Of a stretch of DNA of 64,000 nucleotides, positions 1-13,400 are shown in pieces. The stretch's first letter is position 1, and the number at the start of each line of letters is the position of its first letter. The DNA lies in assembly GCA_051453625.1 (NCBI GenBank), contig JBOZIK010000001.1, positions 6,484,373 through 6,548,372 of the forward strand, given 5' to 3'. Both the position numbers and the translations under genes were made by a program. The notes under the pieces were generated by a model. The model had not been told where the DNA came from. It was given only the letters and a program-made list of their open reading frames with translations, and made no database searches. The DNA comes from Welwitschia mirabilis (taxonomy: Eukaryota).

Positions 1-2099
1 TTCGGATCACTCCGTCTATACTAGCGTGTTGTATTTTGCATCTTATTATAATTAACAGGATTAAGATTGAAACGTGAACTATTGCACCAATACACACTGC
101 AACAATCATACTTATAATATTTTCTTATATAAAATAATTTTTGATTAATAAAGTCAAAGAGCTTTTCTCATGCTTATGTTTGAGTCCATGGCATGATTTG
201 GAAAGTTTTATTTCTTTTCATCCACCATTGTTTCTACCTGTGTTTTGGGATCTACAAGATCTAACATAAGATCCCGAGCCTTAAGGATAACTTTTCTTTT
301 AAAATCAATGGTTAAAGCTTAATTGTTTTCATAAATATATTCCTATAAACCATGACTTTGATCTTAATCTCATTAACATAGAATTATAAACAGTTAAAAA
401 AAATATAAAGATATGTTTAAAATAAATTTAGAACTAGTGTCCATTAAGAAATGAATTTTTAGCAAAGTTAAGTTTTAGAATTTATTCTTCGCTAAAACAT
501 AAAGTTATGGTAAGTACATGGATTTGGATAAGAAAAATATTAAGCAAGAAGCTTAGATTTTTGTTACGCATATCATACCAAATATTTTATATTAAACTTT
601 AATGTAACTATGTTCTAAGAAAAATCTGCAAAAATCCTATTGAATATAAAATTTTATGCTTTAAAGACACACTCGGAGACTCTTGTTTAATATATATTTA
701 AAAAAAGAAAAAGAAAAAAAAAGAAAAAAGTGAAATCTATGTATTAAAAAAACATAACAACAAAAATGAAAAAGTAAGATATAAAAATTATATACTCATA
801 TAGGAAGGATATGGAATTTTGTATATCAAAGATTCTTATATAATTCCATTATGAAAATAATTTATGTAGAATATCTCTATGATTAACAATCTTACTATGG
901 AAAAGATGCATCTTGTATATGTTGAAGATTTTCATAATATTATAATCTTATGAGGATGGTGTGTATTGACATATCCTTACTAGACAACACTTGTAAAAAC
1001 CAAGTAATCAAGATGAAAGTGTACTTGTTATACTAATTTTTAAATTAAAACCTATGTAAATCATCATCTAGCATGGAATATGTTTAGATGTTATATGGAA
1101 ATGAAAATTTTAATACTTAAATGGGAGATGATTGAGCCTTATGTGAAAATTATCCATATTAGCACATATGTATTCTAATAATATATTGACTTAGACCTTC
1201 TTTATGAGATATATCTAAAATTCACATCCGATGGCCCTTTTTTTTCCTGGTATTAGTAGAAGAGGGGAGATGTAGCTAAAAAATGGAAATACATGACATG
1301 GATTACATACTAGGATTAAGATTAAATTTTATCATATCTAGTTTAAAGTATTAGTTAAAATAAATTACTAAAATGTAAAGATATTTAAGTTCATCAAGAT
1401 AATTAATTAACTAGCCTATCTTCTTTGATTTATGTTTAGTAGAATAAAATCTCTCATTTAAGAATTAAAGTCAATTAGAAGTCATAACTATTTTATAGCA
1501 TCATTATTAACATATTTCAATGATTTTAATTAGATACATAATGCTAGGTATAAAATAACATTATTTTATATGATAAGTTTTAAAATTATGTGGATAATTA
1601 CTATTTGACATAATTCAATAAAATATATAATTCAAAACCTTGGTCAAAAATTAAAATTAGCATAATTTTTCTAAAAGCCAATTGACTTATGCATAAAATC
1701 ACACATTTTCTTTTATTTAGAAATTTTATAAAAATGAAATAAATAAAACAATTAAAATTAGCAATATTTTTGATGTTTTATCTATTAATTTTTAAAAATA
1801 TTATTAAAAGAATTAGTTCATTATATTTTATTAATAATTTATCTTAATCTACTTAATATTCATTAAAGCTAATTAAATGAAAAGGAGTAACACTTTTATC
1901 ACTTCTATGGCATCACTACTATTCTAAAGAATAATGGATTTATAGAAAAATGGAATTTTAAACAAAGGATAAGTTAATAAAGTAAACTTATAGCCTAGAG
2001 CTAAATTATTCTACCAAGATTAAGGATTACATAACTATGTCCTATTACCTAAGGAAATCCATCACTGCTCATCTGTTAATAACAAGGACATGAATTTTT

Positions 2100-5000
2100 T
2101 TTTGAAAAGGTGATAGAGAAGCTCTAAAAAAACTAAAAAGCCTATAAGTAGGCTAAAAGGTAGTGGAAAAAAAGTCTATAATCAAAGAAGGAGAAGAAAA
2201 CATGATGGAAGAGGTCTCCTTACACTAGAAGAAAAGTGAGGGTTTGTAACCTCATTGAGGCAAGTTTTTTTCCTTCAAGTAACAAAACCTTAGTTAGGGA
2301 TTTTTGTTAAGTATGAATATGAACTTCTTACTTATGAAATTTTTTAAGGAGTATGGATCATTTAAGCTTAAAATCGTACCAGAGTACTATGCAAATGTAG
2401 AAGAGAGATTTTGATTTAATCTAATAGGGTATTTTATTTTAGTCACATCGCATCCAACCCTAGAGATAATAAGAAAATGAATTATCATAAAGTAGATAGA
2501 CACCAAGGTGTTATAGGTAATTATATTAGAAGAAGGCTTAATTTTATTTAAGTTTAAATCAAAGTAAGATTTGAATAATATGACGTTTAGAGGATCATGA
2601 TTCTTTGAAGTGAGAGGTTTGATCTTGGCTAAGTGAAAAATAAGGAGGGATTTTGAAAAAAAAATTCAGAATTTTTCAATCTAGGTGAAGCTAAGAGTCA
2701 TTAGCCTAAAATGGAATTAGAAGATTATAAAGGCCCTAGCTAAGTATTTCATGAAAATCATAAAGTTCAATTCAATTATAAGTAGTACTAGAATAATACT
2801 AATTTGTTTTTATACTTGAATTAGCATAAAACTGATAAAGACATAGAAAAAATTTGAGTTGATTCATTATTTTAGAGTACATAAGGTTGAAATGGAGTAT
2901 GAGAACATTCTAGATTCTTCCATGCATTGTAGGGCCCTTAAACACTCCAAGCATTTTTGCCTTAAGCAAAGAGAATTGAGGTTTGAGAAGTGTGATAGAA
3001 AAGGGCATGATTCATCTCTTCGCATCATATCTTTGTATTCTATTTGTAAGAAGTTCAAAAATCTCATAGAATAATGTAGATTTAGAAATAACAAGGATGA
3101 TTTTTAGCAATTAAGAGAAAAGGCAAATCAAAAATTTTTGTAAGACCTAAAGTAGGATTAAACATTACAAAAAAATAAGGTAGAGCCCAAAGAAAAGAAG
3201 CACAAGGTAAATCCACATCCAAAGAAAAAGTAGATGCCAAAATACTCTAATCCAGTTATAGGTTAAAACAGATTATCCACCTTAAGTAGTTCAAATTTGA
3301 ATGAAGAAGAAGATGAAGGCAAAAAAAGGAGACAAGATAAGTCAAACGAAGATAGTGTGAATGGTAGGCAGAAACAAGTAAGTTAAAAAGGATGATAAGG
3401 CCATCAGTAGAAGATAAGTCTATAAAGCAAGTAAAAGAAAATATAGCATTAATGGACTTACTGGGAAGAATCTCAAAAATAAACAAACAAAATAATTACT
3501 CTAAGCTAGAATAGTTGAGTAATGAACTCAATAGCAAAAATTAAAACTTTAGAAGAGCTAATTGATAACAAGAACATAAAGATAATTTGTCCTTAAAAAG
3601 GTAAAGTTCAAAAAGCTATTTTATAGGAAAAAACTAGAAGGAAATGACAATTGAAATGGATGACAAGCTATGAAAACACAAGTATGCTAGCGATATTGGT
3701 CAAGAAATAAATTGAATACAACTAAATAAAAATGAATAGATGTTTCTAAACCTTGGAATTAAATAAATGATGGCCAATTAAACTTTATTTATGCTCCTTA
3801 GACTATGGTAAGAAAAATAAAGCTTTAGTAAACTTTAAATGATAGACTCTAACAATAAATTTGCATCATAATAGGGATTTTAATCAAATCAAATGATAGG
3901 AAGAAAAGAAGATAGGAGAAAACTATAATGGCTTAAGAGTTTAGGATCTAGAGGAGATGATGCTTAAACTAAATGTGATCATTTTTACTAATTCAGAGGG
4001 TGCAATTCAGATGATTAAACTATAGAGAAGAGCAGAGAGGATCATGTCTAGAATAGATAGAGTCTTGATTTTTCAGAAGTTAATATAAGATAAGTAGTGG
4101 ATCTTAAAGGGGGAAGGAAGGTGATGCTCCAATCATAGACCAACTTACCTCATGACATAATGCATGGATATAAGAGGAGCATATCACTACCTACATAGGT
4201 AAGTTCTAGAGAATGAACAATAGATATCCCATAGAACCCTTACAGAAAAACTTGCCAAATTTAAAAGGCAATCTTAAAAAGTGGAAAAAGGGATGGATTT
4301 CTAAAGCTAGGCTAAAATAAATGTTAAAAGAAGAGTTAAAGAGATTCAATTTAGGTAAGATCAGTGGAAAGGCCTACACAAGGAAGAGTGGAAGAGGTTG
4401 TGAAAGCTGCATAACATTAAGAAGTAAGAGAAACTTTATTAAGGAGATTTACTGAAACTAATGATCACATATAAATTGCCTGAAGAATAGGGATAGGTAT
4501 ACAAAATACTTTTTTAGAATAGTAAATAATAGAAGACAGCTAAAAAACATTAAAAAAATTACTTGGAAAGGATAAGCATATCAAAAGAAAAATGTTTAGA
4601 AAGATTTCTTAAATCACTTATAAGAGATGTGGATGGAATAGAGTTTAGGAAATTGATATACTTTCTAGCCTAACTACTAAGATGAAAGAAGTCCATGAGA
4701 GAGTTGGAAAAGAAGGAAGTGTAGAGAATGTTGTGAAAGATAAAATCAAATAAGAACTTAGGGCTATATGGATGGATATTAGAGTTATTCTTAAAATTTT
4801 GGAATGTAAAAAGTAGATTAGTGGACCTAATTTTCAACAAGATCCTTTGACAAGGAATAATTCCCCGTTCCTAGAACAATACCCATGTAATTATGATCCC
4901 AAAGTTATAAGACGTAATAGACATTAATAACTTTACATTCTTAGGAGTCTGCATTGTCATCTAAAGACTCATTTCCAAAGTCTTAGTAGTAAGGATAAGA

Positions 5001-5850
5001 TCGATGCTAGAAAAGATGTTTCATGGAAAGTAGGCTAGACTCTTACAAAATCATTTAATCATTAATTAGGTCATCTATAATCAAGTTCTTTTCCACTTCA
5101 TACAAAAGTACAAGAGAAGGGTTAATGTAAAAGAATAAACATTAAAAAGGCACATGATAGTTATCATGAACATTTTTGAAATGCATACTCATCACCAAAT
5201 GCTTTTCCTAGAAATTTGTGAAGTTACTAATGCAGATGTTATCAACTAGTCTATCCATGATTACTTTAACACAAGTAGGAGATTAAAACAAGAGGATCCT
5301 TTATCCCCTTATTTATTTATTTATTTATTATTCTTGATATTATATAAGACTATGTTAATTAGATGGAGGGAAGAGGGATTAAGATCTGTAATATAGATGT
5401 AATGTGTAATCACTTTACTAATGACTCAATAGTTTCATAGAGGTGAATATGAAATAAATAAGAGTAATTAAAAAAGAAATAGAAATGTTTGAAAAAGAAT
5501 CAAGGCTAGATATAAGTTGCAAAAAATAAGGGCTTATATTGTTAATACTTGGACAAGTGTACAAAAAGAAATAGAGAGAATGCTAGATCTTCAAGTAGAT
5601 AATGGAAAGGATCACTATCTAGGAATACTAATTTTTTATCTAGAATAAACTTAAGTCATATGAAGGACTTCTATTAAAGACAAGGAAAAGGTGTAACGGT
5701 TATGACACCATATTTCTATCAAGTAATGAAAGAATCATTCTCACAGATTCTATCATTTTGGCAATAGCAAGATATAGTGCTTTAATGGGAGTGCTAATTA
5801 AGGAAATCAAGGATATGCTAAATAGATTTAGAAACTTCATCTAAAGTGAA
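2100..5850 (+). mobile_element. Degenerate L1-clade LINE (ORF1 zinc knuckles, APE endonuclease, reverse transcriptase)
   Basis: Knuckle remnants at ~2920-3020 (HCRALKHSKHFC, KCDRKGH). Endonuclease remnants include SRIDRVL at ~4048. RT remnants: GDR.TKYF ~4490, IKKAHD ~5140, RRLKQEDPLSPYLF ~5277-5318, YLG ~5615. Many stops and frameshifts. Confidence 0.85.
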
Positions 5851-5899
5851 GGTTAAGAGACTCTATGAGTTCATGTTATTAGGATAATTTTTTAAAATA

Positions 5900-7520
5900 G
5901 GTGTTATTATTTTGATATTAAGAAAACTTAGGATATGGATCACAATTTTAGGGTTAGTTCATATTTCATTCACTTCAAATGAAAATTCATTTTGTATAAA
6001 TTCATTCAAACTTAATAAAATATTAGAGCTCTTTTAACAAATATTTTTAAAAGCTTCTTAAATTCACTCCCACTTTTCTTTGACATTCACATGCAGAGAG
6101 GTCTCATCTCTATAATTGATATCAAAGTAGACTATTCTCTATTCCAGATCTTACTCGATGACTACAAGCATGCTCTACATATGAGAATTACTCTGAATTA
6201 TGATTAGTACTTTGAATGTAAATGTTTCATGATCAATTTACAGAATGTTAGGGTTAATAGGCAAGATCTTGCAAGGACATCAATGGTAGTTTAAAAAAAA
6301 AATAAAAGACTTAACATCTTTTTTTATTCAAGCGTTTGCTTATGGCTATTGTAATGACCCTGCAAATAATGATGCTTTCACTGCTTAAAGTCCTTTATAA
6401 GAGTTCTTTACTCTCTACCATTAGTTAAATTTTAGCGAAAAATCTATGATTCCTTTTATTTTGGATGATGAATAATATTCTTTAAGGCTTTCCAAACACT
6501 GATGACTATCAAAGGTAGATTAGTGTATTTTTGTTGAAAATTTTACAGAACACATCTTTGAAAAGTAGAAAATGATCATTCATTGTGAAGAAATAGAGAA
6601 CTCTTGATTCTTTTAAGAGAGACATTACTTTCAACTCTAAAATTGACTTGGCCTATTTCCTAGTGCTACAAATGCAAGAAATGAGTTATTTGGAGGTAAT
6701 CTTTAAGTAAGTATGAGTAATGGCATTGATTCTGCTCAGTTTGTATGTAGATGATGGAGCATCATAGGAAACAAGTGCCTTCCTTTACTTTTTCATGCCA
6801 CGAGTAATCCTATTTAAGGGTTATTTGGAAATAAATGTGAGATTACCATTTTTTAATTTATGAAAGATGCTAAAGTGAAATTGTGTAGAATACGAAGATA
6901 GTCTATAGTAAAATCACTTATGTAATCCTCAACAATGTGTTTTTCTTTTGATGCACAGACTCTTAGATAGTAGAAAAATTCTCTATGAATTCAGTGAAAT
7001 TTGAAGAGCTACGATAATTCTATGATTCATAGGGTCTATTTCTAAATAAATAGATGAAGACAATTTTGGGCATTAGCAATAAAAATACTAAAGAGGTGAG
7101 TAGTTGGAGAAATAGTCATACCTTTGGAGTTGATGGAGATCATTTGCATGCTAGAATTCTCTATAAAGCAACACAAAAGTGGAGGGAAGCATACTTTATA
7201 GGTAATAAATCCATTAACTCCATCTTGTCTCATTTAGCAAATAAGCGTGATTCTTATATTTGATGCATATGCTATAAGCTTCGTAGCATTACTAGATGTT
7301 CCTATTCTAATAAGATCCATTATTATGATGGAACTAATGCAAAAATGATAGTAACTTACCATTCAAACATGACACATGGGCATGAAGAACATCAACATAT
7401 TAGCATGACCATACTGTGATGTTTTGTTTTGATGCCCAGTGTTTGATATATTTAAAATTGCAACTCTCAACCACTAGTTTATGTATTTCAAATTTCATAT
7501 AAAATTAAAGATACATTAGA
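5900..7520 (+). mobile_element. Probable LINE 3' region remnant (possibly RNase H-like)
   Basis: Degenerate coding-like sequence following the RT. Its first ~170 bp recur at ~8000-8135. Domain identity is not firmly resolved. Confidence 0.3.
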
Positions 7521-10449
7521 GACTTGTCCCAACCCTAGTTTTATATGAGGCCTTTTTATTTTCATGTAAAAATAAAGATCATTAAAGAGTGATATAGAAC
7601 ACTCTTTTTAACATTTGTTTTTATATGAAAATTACTTGGGTGAATTCCACGTTTTTTGGGTGTCTCTCTTTTAAAGTATTAGATATGTCCCTGATTTCAA
7701 GAAAGGTATATAGAGTGCTTAAGGAGATCACTCAGAGGATGTCTTCTTTAAAGTTGCATAGGATGAAGGATGTAGATTTATCTAGAAAGATTATTTAAAT
7801 GAAATCTTCTTTGAAGTTGCACATTTTGATAGCTTGGTGCTTCCATCACTGGTTTGAATCTTGGTGCTCTATACTACTATCAAAGACTTTATAGTTATAT
7901 GATGTTAATTTAGTTTTTAGATGACATCAAGAGGGGATTTATTAAAATAATTATTTAAAATAAGAATTATTAGTTTAAGATCCACAAAAGTTGGAATGTG
8001 GATTCACAAGTTTAGGGTAAGTTAATACTCCATATGAAAAGTTATTTTGTATAAATTCATTCAAACTTAATAAGATATTAGAGCTAGTTTAATGATTATT
8101 TTTGAACTCCCAGTTTTGTTGGCCCTTCACATGTAGACATATCTTATCTCTACACATGTGATAGCACAGGGGGAGATAGTAAAGCCAATGAAATCTAGAG
8201 GATGGAGTATTCAAGATATAAGGAATACCATTTTTGTAGCATAGGATAAAATAATATCCAAAAGTGAAGTAGAGGAAAACAACCCTAGATAAGAATCTTA
8301 AAAAGGAAGTACAAGAACCAAAAAGTAAGGCATGGGGATTCCCCCTTTTGAAAAGCATTATGTAAAGAACAAGCTCATATGGAAACTTTCATGAGATAGA
8401 AGATTAGGAGAGGGAATATCCCTTTATAGTCATCTATAATATTATAAGATAAGAAACCAGAGGAGATAGAGAAGATTAGGCCAACAAAAATATAGTTAAA
8501 AAAATTCAATTAGGTGGAAAGTAAAGGATTACTAGAGCAGAGGTAACCTACCTCACTTAGAAAGAAAAAATATAAACAAGGCTATTAAAGTCTTAAAGGA
8601 ATAAATTGCAGGTGTGCAAATTGTCTTAACTAAAAAGAGAGACCATTAGACTCTAAATGAAAATCCAATAAGCTGTAAGGATTTATTAATTAGAAAACAT
8701 GAAATTATTAAACTACTTCATAAGATTTAAAAGAAATCTCTCATAAGTAAATATGTGATATTAAGATGGCTCATTTTCAAGAAATATGTGATATTAGTAA
8801 GTAATCTATGGAGAGAGAGAGAAAAAAAAGCATTATATAGTGGATACTTATAGCCATTACAAGGGATTTAAATCCTAAAACCCTTATTCTAGAATTGCTT
8901 AATTACAAGAGAAGTTTGGAGGGGGATTAAACAGAGATAGATTAGATGTAATTAATTCAACCTATAGGGAAATTCATTGATGTAATGTTGTGGTTTATTT
9001 AGATGATCATAATTAAAATATTTTTTATAATATAAGCCCAGACATCAAGATCATGAGAACAAAAATCACAAGAAAAATCTGATCAATCTTATTACTAAGA
9101 AAAATAAGGTGATATATAGCATGATCTAAGAAATAGTGAGAAATTTAGCAACAATGAGGAGTATGGAAAAAAATTGTGGCCATCAGGTGGGAACCACTGG
9201 CTGACTTTAAAGCGAACCTTGAATTTTTATCAAGTTTAGGAAAAGAGAGTGGTTGGAAGAAGGTGGATCCCCATCACCTAGAATCTTAATTAGTTAAGTG
9301 ATAGTGTTTTAAAAAGAAGGGAACTATTTACTTCCCTCCTTTATAAAATTCAATGACATAAAGAGGTTCTTTGCATGAAGAGTACCTAAGAATTGAGAAG
9401 GGATTTATTTCAAAATTTTATCTTTCTAAGCCTTAGAAAATAGTAGCTAAGTCTTTTGACAAGTATATCATCCAAGATAGAAAACACTTAAAGTTGAAGG
9501 ACCTACACTTTAATTTCTTACTTACCCTTGAAGATGGGAGAAGGGTAAGCCTATCTTGCTTTCTACTAGAACGGCTAAAAAGTAATGTGGAAAAACATCA
9601 TTCATGACTAGTTATAAGACTAGTGGACTTTGTAAAGGATTAAGTTCCAACGAGTAGGCCTCCTATCCAAGAGACAACAAGGAAGGACTAAAGAGGCAGA
9701 AGGCTAGAGAGGGTAGATCTTTTTGCATCCTTATCATTTCATTGGTGGGCATGGTTAGGAGCAAAAAGGGAGGAGGATCAAGTAGAGGGGACTCAAGCTA
9801 AGGGGTTAGTGAAGGAAAAATAGGCTAGTGCAAATATGAGGAACCATTTACCTACTTCTAAATCTATCTCAAGAATAGAAAACTAGGTAGAAGACAAAGT
9901 AGCACAACATATCCTCCATAGAGAGATAAAAGAAAATAATGGTTTCCAAAAAGATAAGGAGGTAATAATTCTCAATGACTGGGAAGAAAAGACTCTTATC
10001 AAGTGTAAGGACTAGAGATCAGAGTCATCTAATAGAGAGGAGGTAAGTAGCAAGAGTACAACTCATGAAGAGATGCCAAGATCTTCATTTGGGAATAGCT
10101 TCTTAGATGAAGAAAAGTCAAAAGATAGAGAGAGCTATGAATTTGAAGTGGATCTAGTTTATGATGAGGTATAAGTAGCAAGAGTATGTAAGGATTATTA
10201 CAAGGCCTTGGAACTCTTTCTAATGCTTCCCAGTAGGAAATAATTAGGACACACAGGTGTTTAGTGCTAAAATAGCACCTAGATAAAAATGAAGATAGAA
10301 TGGAAGAAGTCATAGAGATAAAATCTAAGATCAATGTATCAAAGGAAGTTCTTAATAATAAGCATGCTTACATGTTCTATAACTTCATGTACAGGGATAA
10401 ACTAGTGTAGAAGTATAGGTGTTGGATTTAGCCTCTTCACTCATATCTA

Positions 10450-13400
10450 AGTTGGCAAGGGGTAAACCTTCATTTTTTTAGACTCAATCAAAATATTTAT
10501 ATGATTATGTATGCTTTAATAGAAATGACCTTTTCTCAAAAAAATTAACAAGGACATACTAATTTAATTCAAAGTCCCAAGAAAAGCTATATAAGAAAAG
10601 CCTCTTTTAGGGTAAATAAATCATTCACACTTCATTCATCAATTGGAATTGAATCATACATTCATTCAATATCTGATTGGAAGTCTATTATTTTATATCT
10701 AAGTAACCTATGTCTATGATAAGGTATTATCTTATCATAAGGTTCTAAGATTATCTTCACTGTCATTGGATATAAGAGAATGATTTAGTCATGATGCATT
10801 TATCTTTTCAAGCCCTAAAATTTTATTTATGTTGGATTGATATGTGAATGCACTTTGATTTATGATTATATTTGCTTTATTATTTCATCATGCATATAAA
10901 TATTATTATTAGTCATGGAATAATACATTTTAAATGTTATTTTGTAAATATATCTTATATTTATTCTTTAATTTATTATTGCGATTTTAATAATTGATAT
11001 GTTATTATGATATCTTTCATGTTATTCTAGTATTTCATAATTTCATTGTAAAATGTAGCATATCTAATATTTATACTATTATAATTTTTCAAATTTATGA
11101 TAAATAATTTATTACTTATCCATAAATTCAACTTGTAGTTAATATCTTTTACTTAACTTGGGCTTACTTGACAAACTTTCTTAGTAGTTATTTTTAATTT
11201 ATAAAAGGAAAAATATATAATATATAATTCTTAAAATTTCTACTTAAATATTCATCTTAAAATCAAAGTATAAACCTTATAAGCTTTGAATTACCTCCAC
11301 AAGTCCTACGAGAGAATGATAATTAGGATCAATGATACTATAAGAGAATGTCATAGTTTATTACTTTAAACTACTAATATACCTTAAGAGGTATGGTACA
11401 TCTTCTAAAAACCAACAATTATAACAAAGCTAAGGAGTAGAGAATCATCTAAAGTGATAAAGCCATTTATGTATTTGACTTTGTGATTATTGATGTTCTA
11501 AAATGTTTTTGTAGATATGCGCTTATTCCTATTCTCTCATGACTTGCAAGTGCTAACCTTGAAGTTCAATGACGAAGTAATAATTATTATTCATTTTAGA
11601 AATATGAGGATATATTTTAATGTTTTTATTTATTTTTAAAAAAATTACTATTTAACAAACTTGAGTACAAGAAGGTTCATATTATTTATGATGAGTCATG
11701 TTTTAAGTTAATTTTAAGGGATAATAAATATTTGGGTGTTAAATATCAAAATATAATTTATTCTTTTCTTGAATCTCCTATTATTTGTGCATCTAATAAA
11801 GATGTTTTTGAAAATGAATTAATATCTTAAATTTTTATAAAATAAGAATTTTCATAATTCTCTTGAAAATTGGAATTGTTCTTCTTCTAAGATTAATGAA
11901 TGTGAATTAAAAATGAATTTTTTTAATTATTTGACATATATAAATGAAAATGAAAGAAAATTATTGCTAATAAGTTTTCTTATTTTTGATATGCAATAAA
12001 AGACATTATATAGTTGTTAACTTCTAAAATTAATTCTTTTTCTTAATTAAATAATGATCTTTTATGCTTAAAACTTAACAAATCTAATTAAAAAACATGC
12101 TAGATAAGTATGGGTAAGATTAAATTCTAAATTAAGGGAAATTATTAAGACTAAATTATAAAGCTATGGGATTCTAATATCATTTTTCCTATTTATAATA
12201 ATAAGTGGATTATTCCTTTATAAGTGCTACCTAAAGAGAATGCTAAATGATAAATTTTTACAGATTTTAATGCTTTAGATTAATTCACTAAAAAAGATCA
12301 TTTTCACTTCTATTTATTAATCAAATTATTAATAAGATTGTAAGAAATAAATTGTATTGATTTCTCAATAAATATAGTGGAAATAATTAAATTCCCATAA
12401 CCCATACAATCAACAAGAAACTAATTTTACTTGTTTATTGAAAAGTCTTACAAATCATTATATGTATTGTTTAATTTTTAATGCACTTACCAATTTTGAG
12501 ATGAATATGACTAATATCTTTGCATATATTCCTAATGATTCCCATAAAGGATTTACAAATTATTTTTTTTATATGGTAATTTCTTTAAATAAATCTTAGT
12601 CTACCTTTTTTGAATTCTTAATTGTTGCATTTCTAGAAATGTTAAAATTTGTTGGAAAAACAACTTTTCCATGGTCAAGAATAATTTGATCCTAAGTTAT
12701 GTTGTTCCTAAATTAGGTATTAAATTAAATCTATTAAAGAAGTATATCATTTAGTTACTTTTTCTTTCTAAAATTGTTCATAATGTTTTTTTTTTTTTTT
12801 TGGCCATGGTAATTTTTATATAATATTTATCTCTAATTTTAATTATTTATGAATAACTCTCATAAAATCAATAATTAGAGATTTTTAACTTGATTGGGAT
12901 CTGTCTTTTAATGTTGCTTTTAATAAATTTAAGAGTATTTTTAATATTCTACCATATTGTAAGCATGTAATTACGTTTTTCATTTAGAGATGATGCGTGA
13001 TTCAAGTGATTATGAAATTTGATGTATTATGGGATAGACTAAAGATAAGAAATTTTATCTTATTTATTTAAAAATTAAAAACACATGATGATGTATAATT
13101 CAAGGACCTGACAACTACAAAGGAGATAACAACTATCATTTTACAGTTAAAAAATCTTTTAATAATCCTATAACCAAATCTCACTTGATGGAAAGAAATT
13201 TTTTATTACAGAATTTGAGTTAACCATTATGAACTAGAGTAATAAAGAAAACCTTCTAGTAGGTCATTATTTTTAAGTCATTAATACTTCTGTTAACCAA
13301 CTTTAAAGACATTTTATTACTAGGCATTTGTTTAGAGTTAAGTCTTATAATGGTATGTAAAATTTGCAAAGTTTAGAGTTTTCAATAAATTTCTTGCAGA

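Noticed and set aside
8160-10450. Purine-rich coding-like stretch
   Set aside because: Probably a decayed retroelement gag or extra ORF, but no diagnostic motif could be read.
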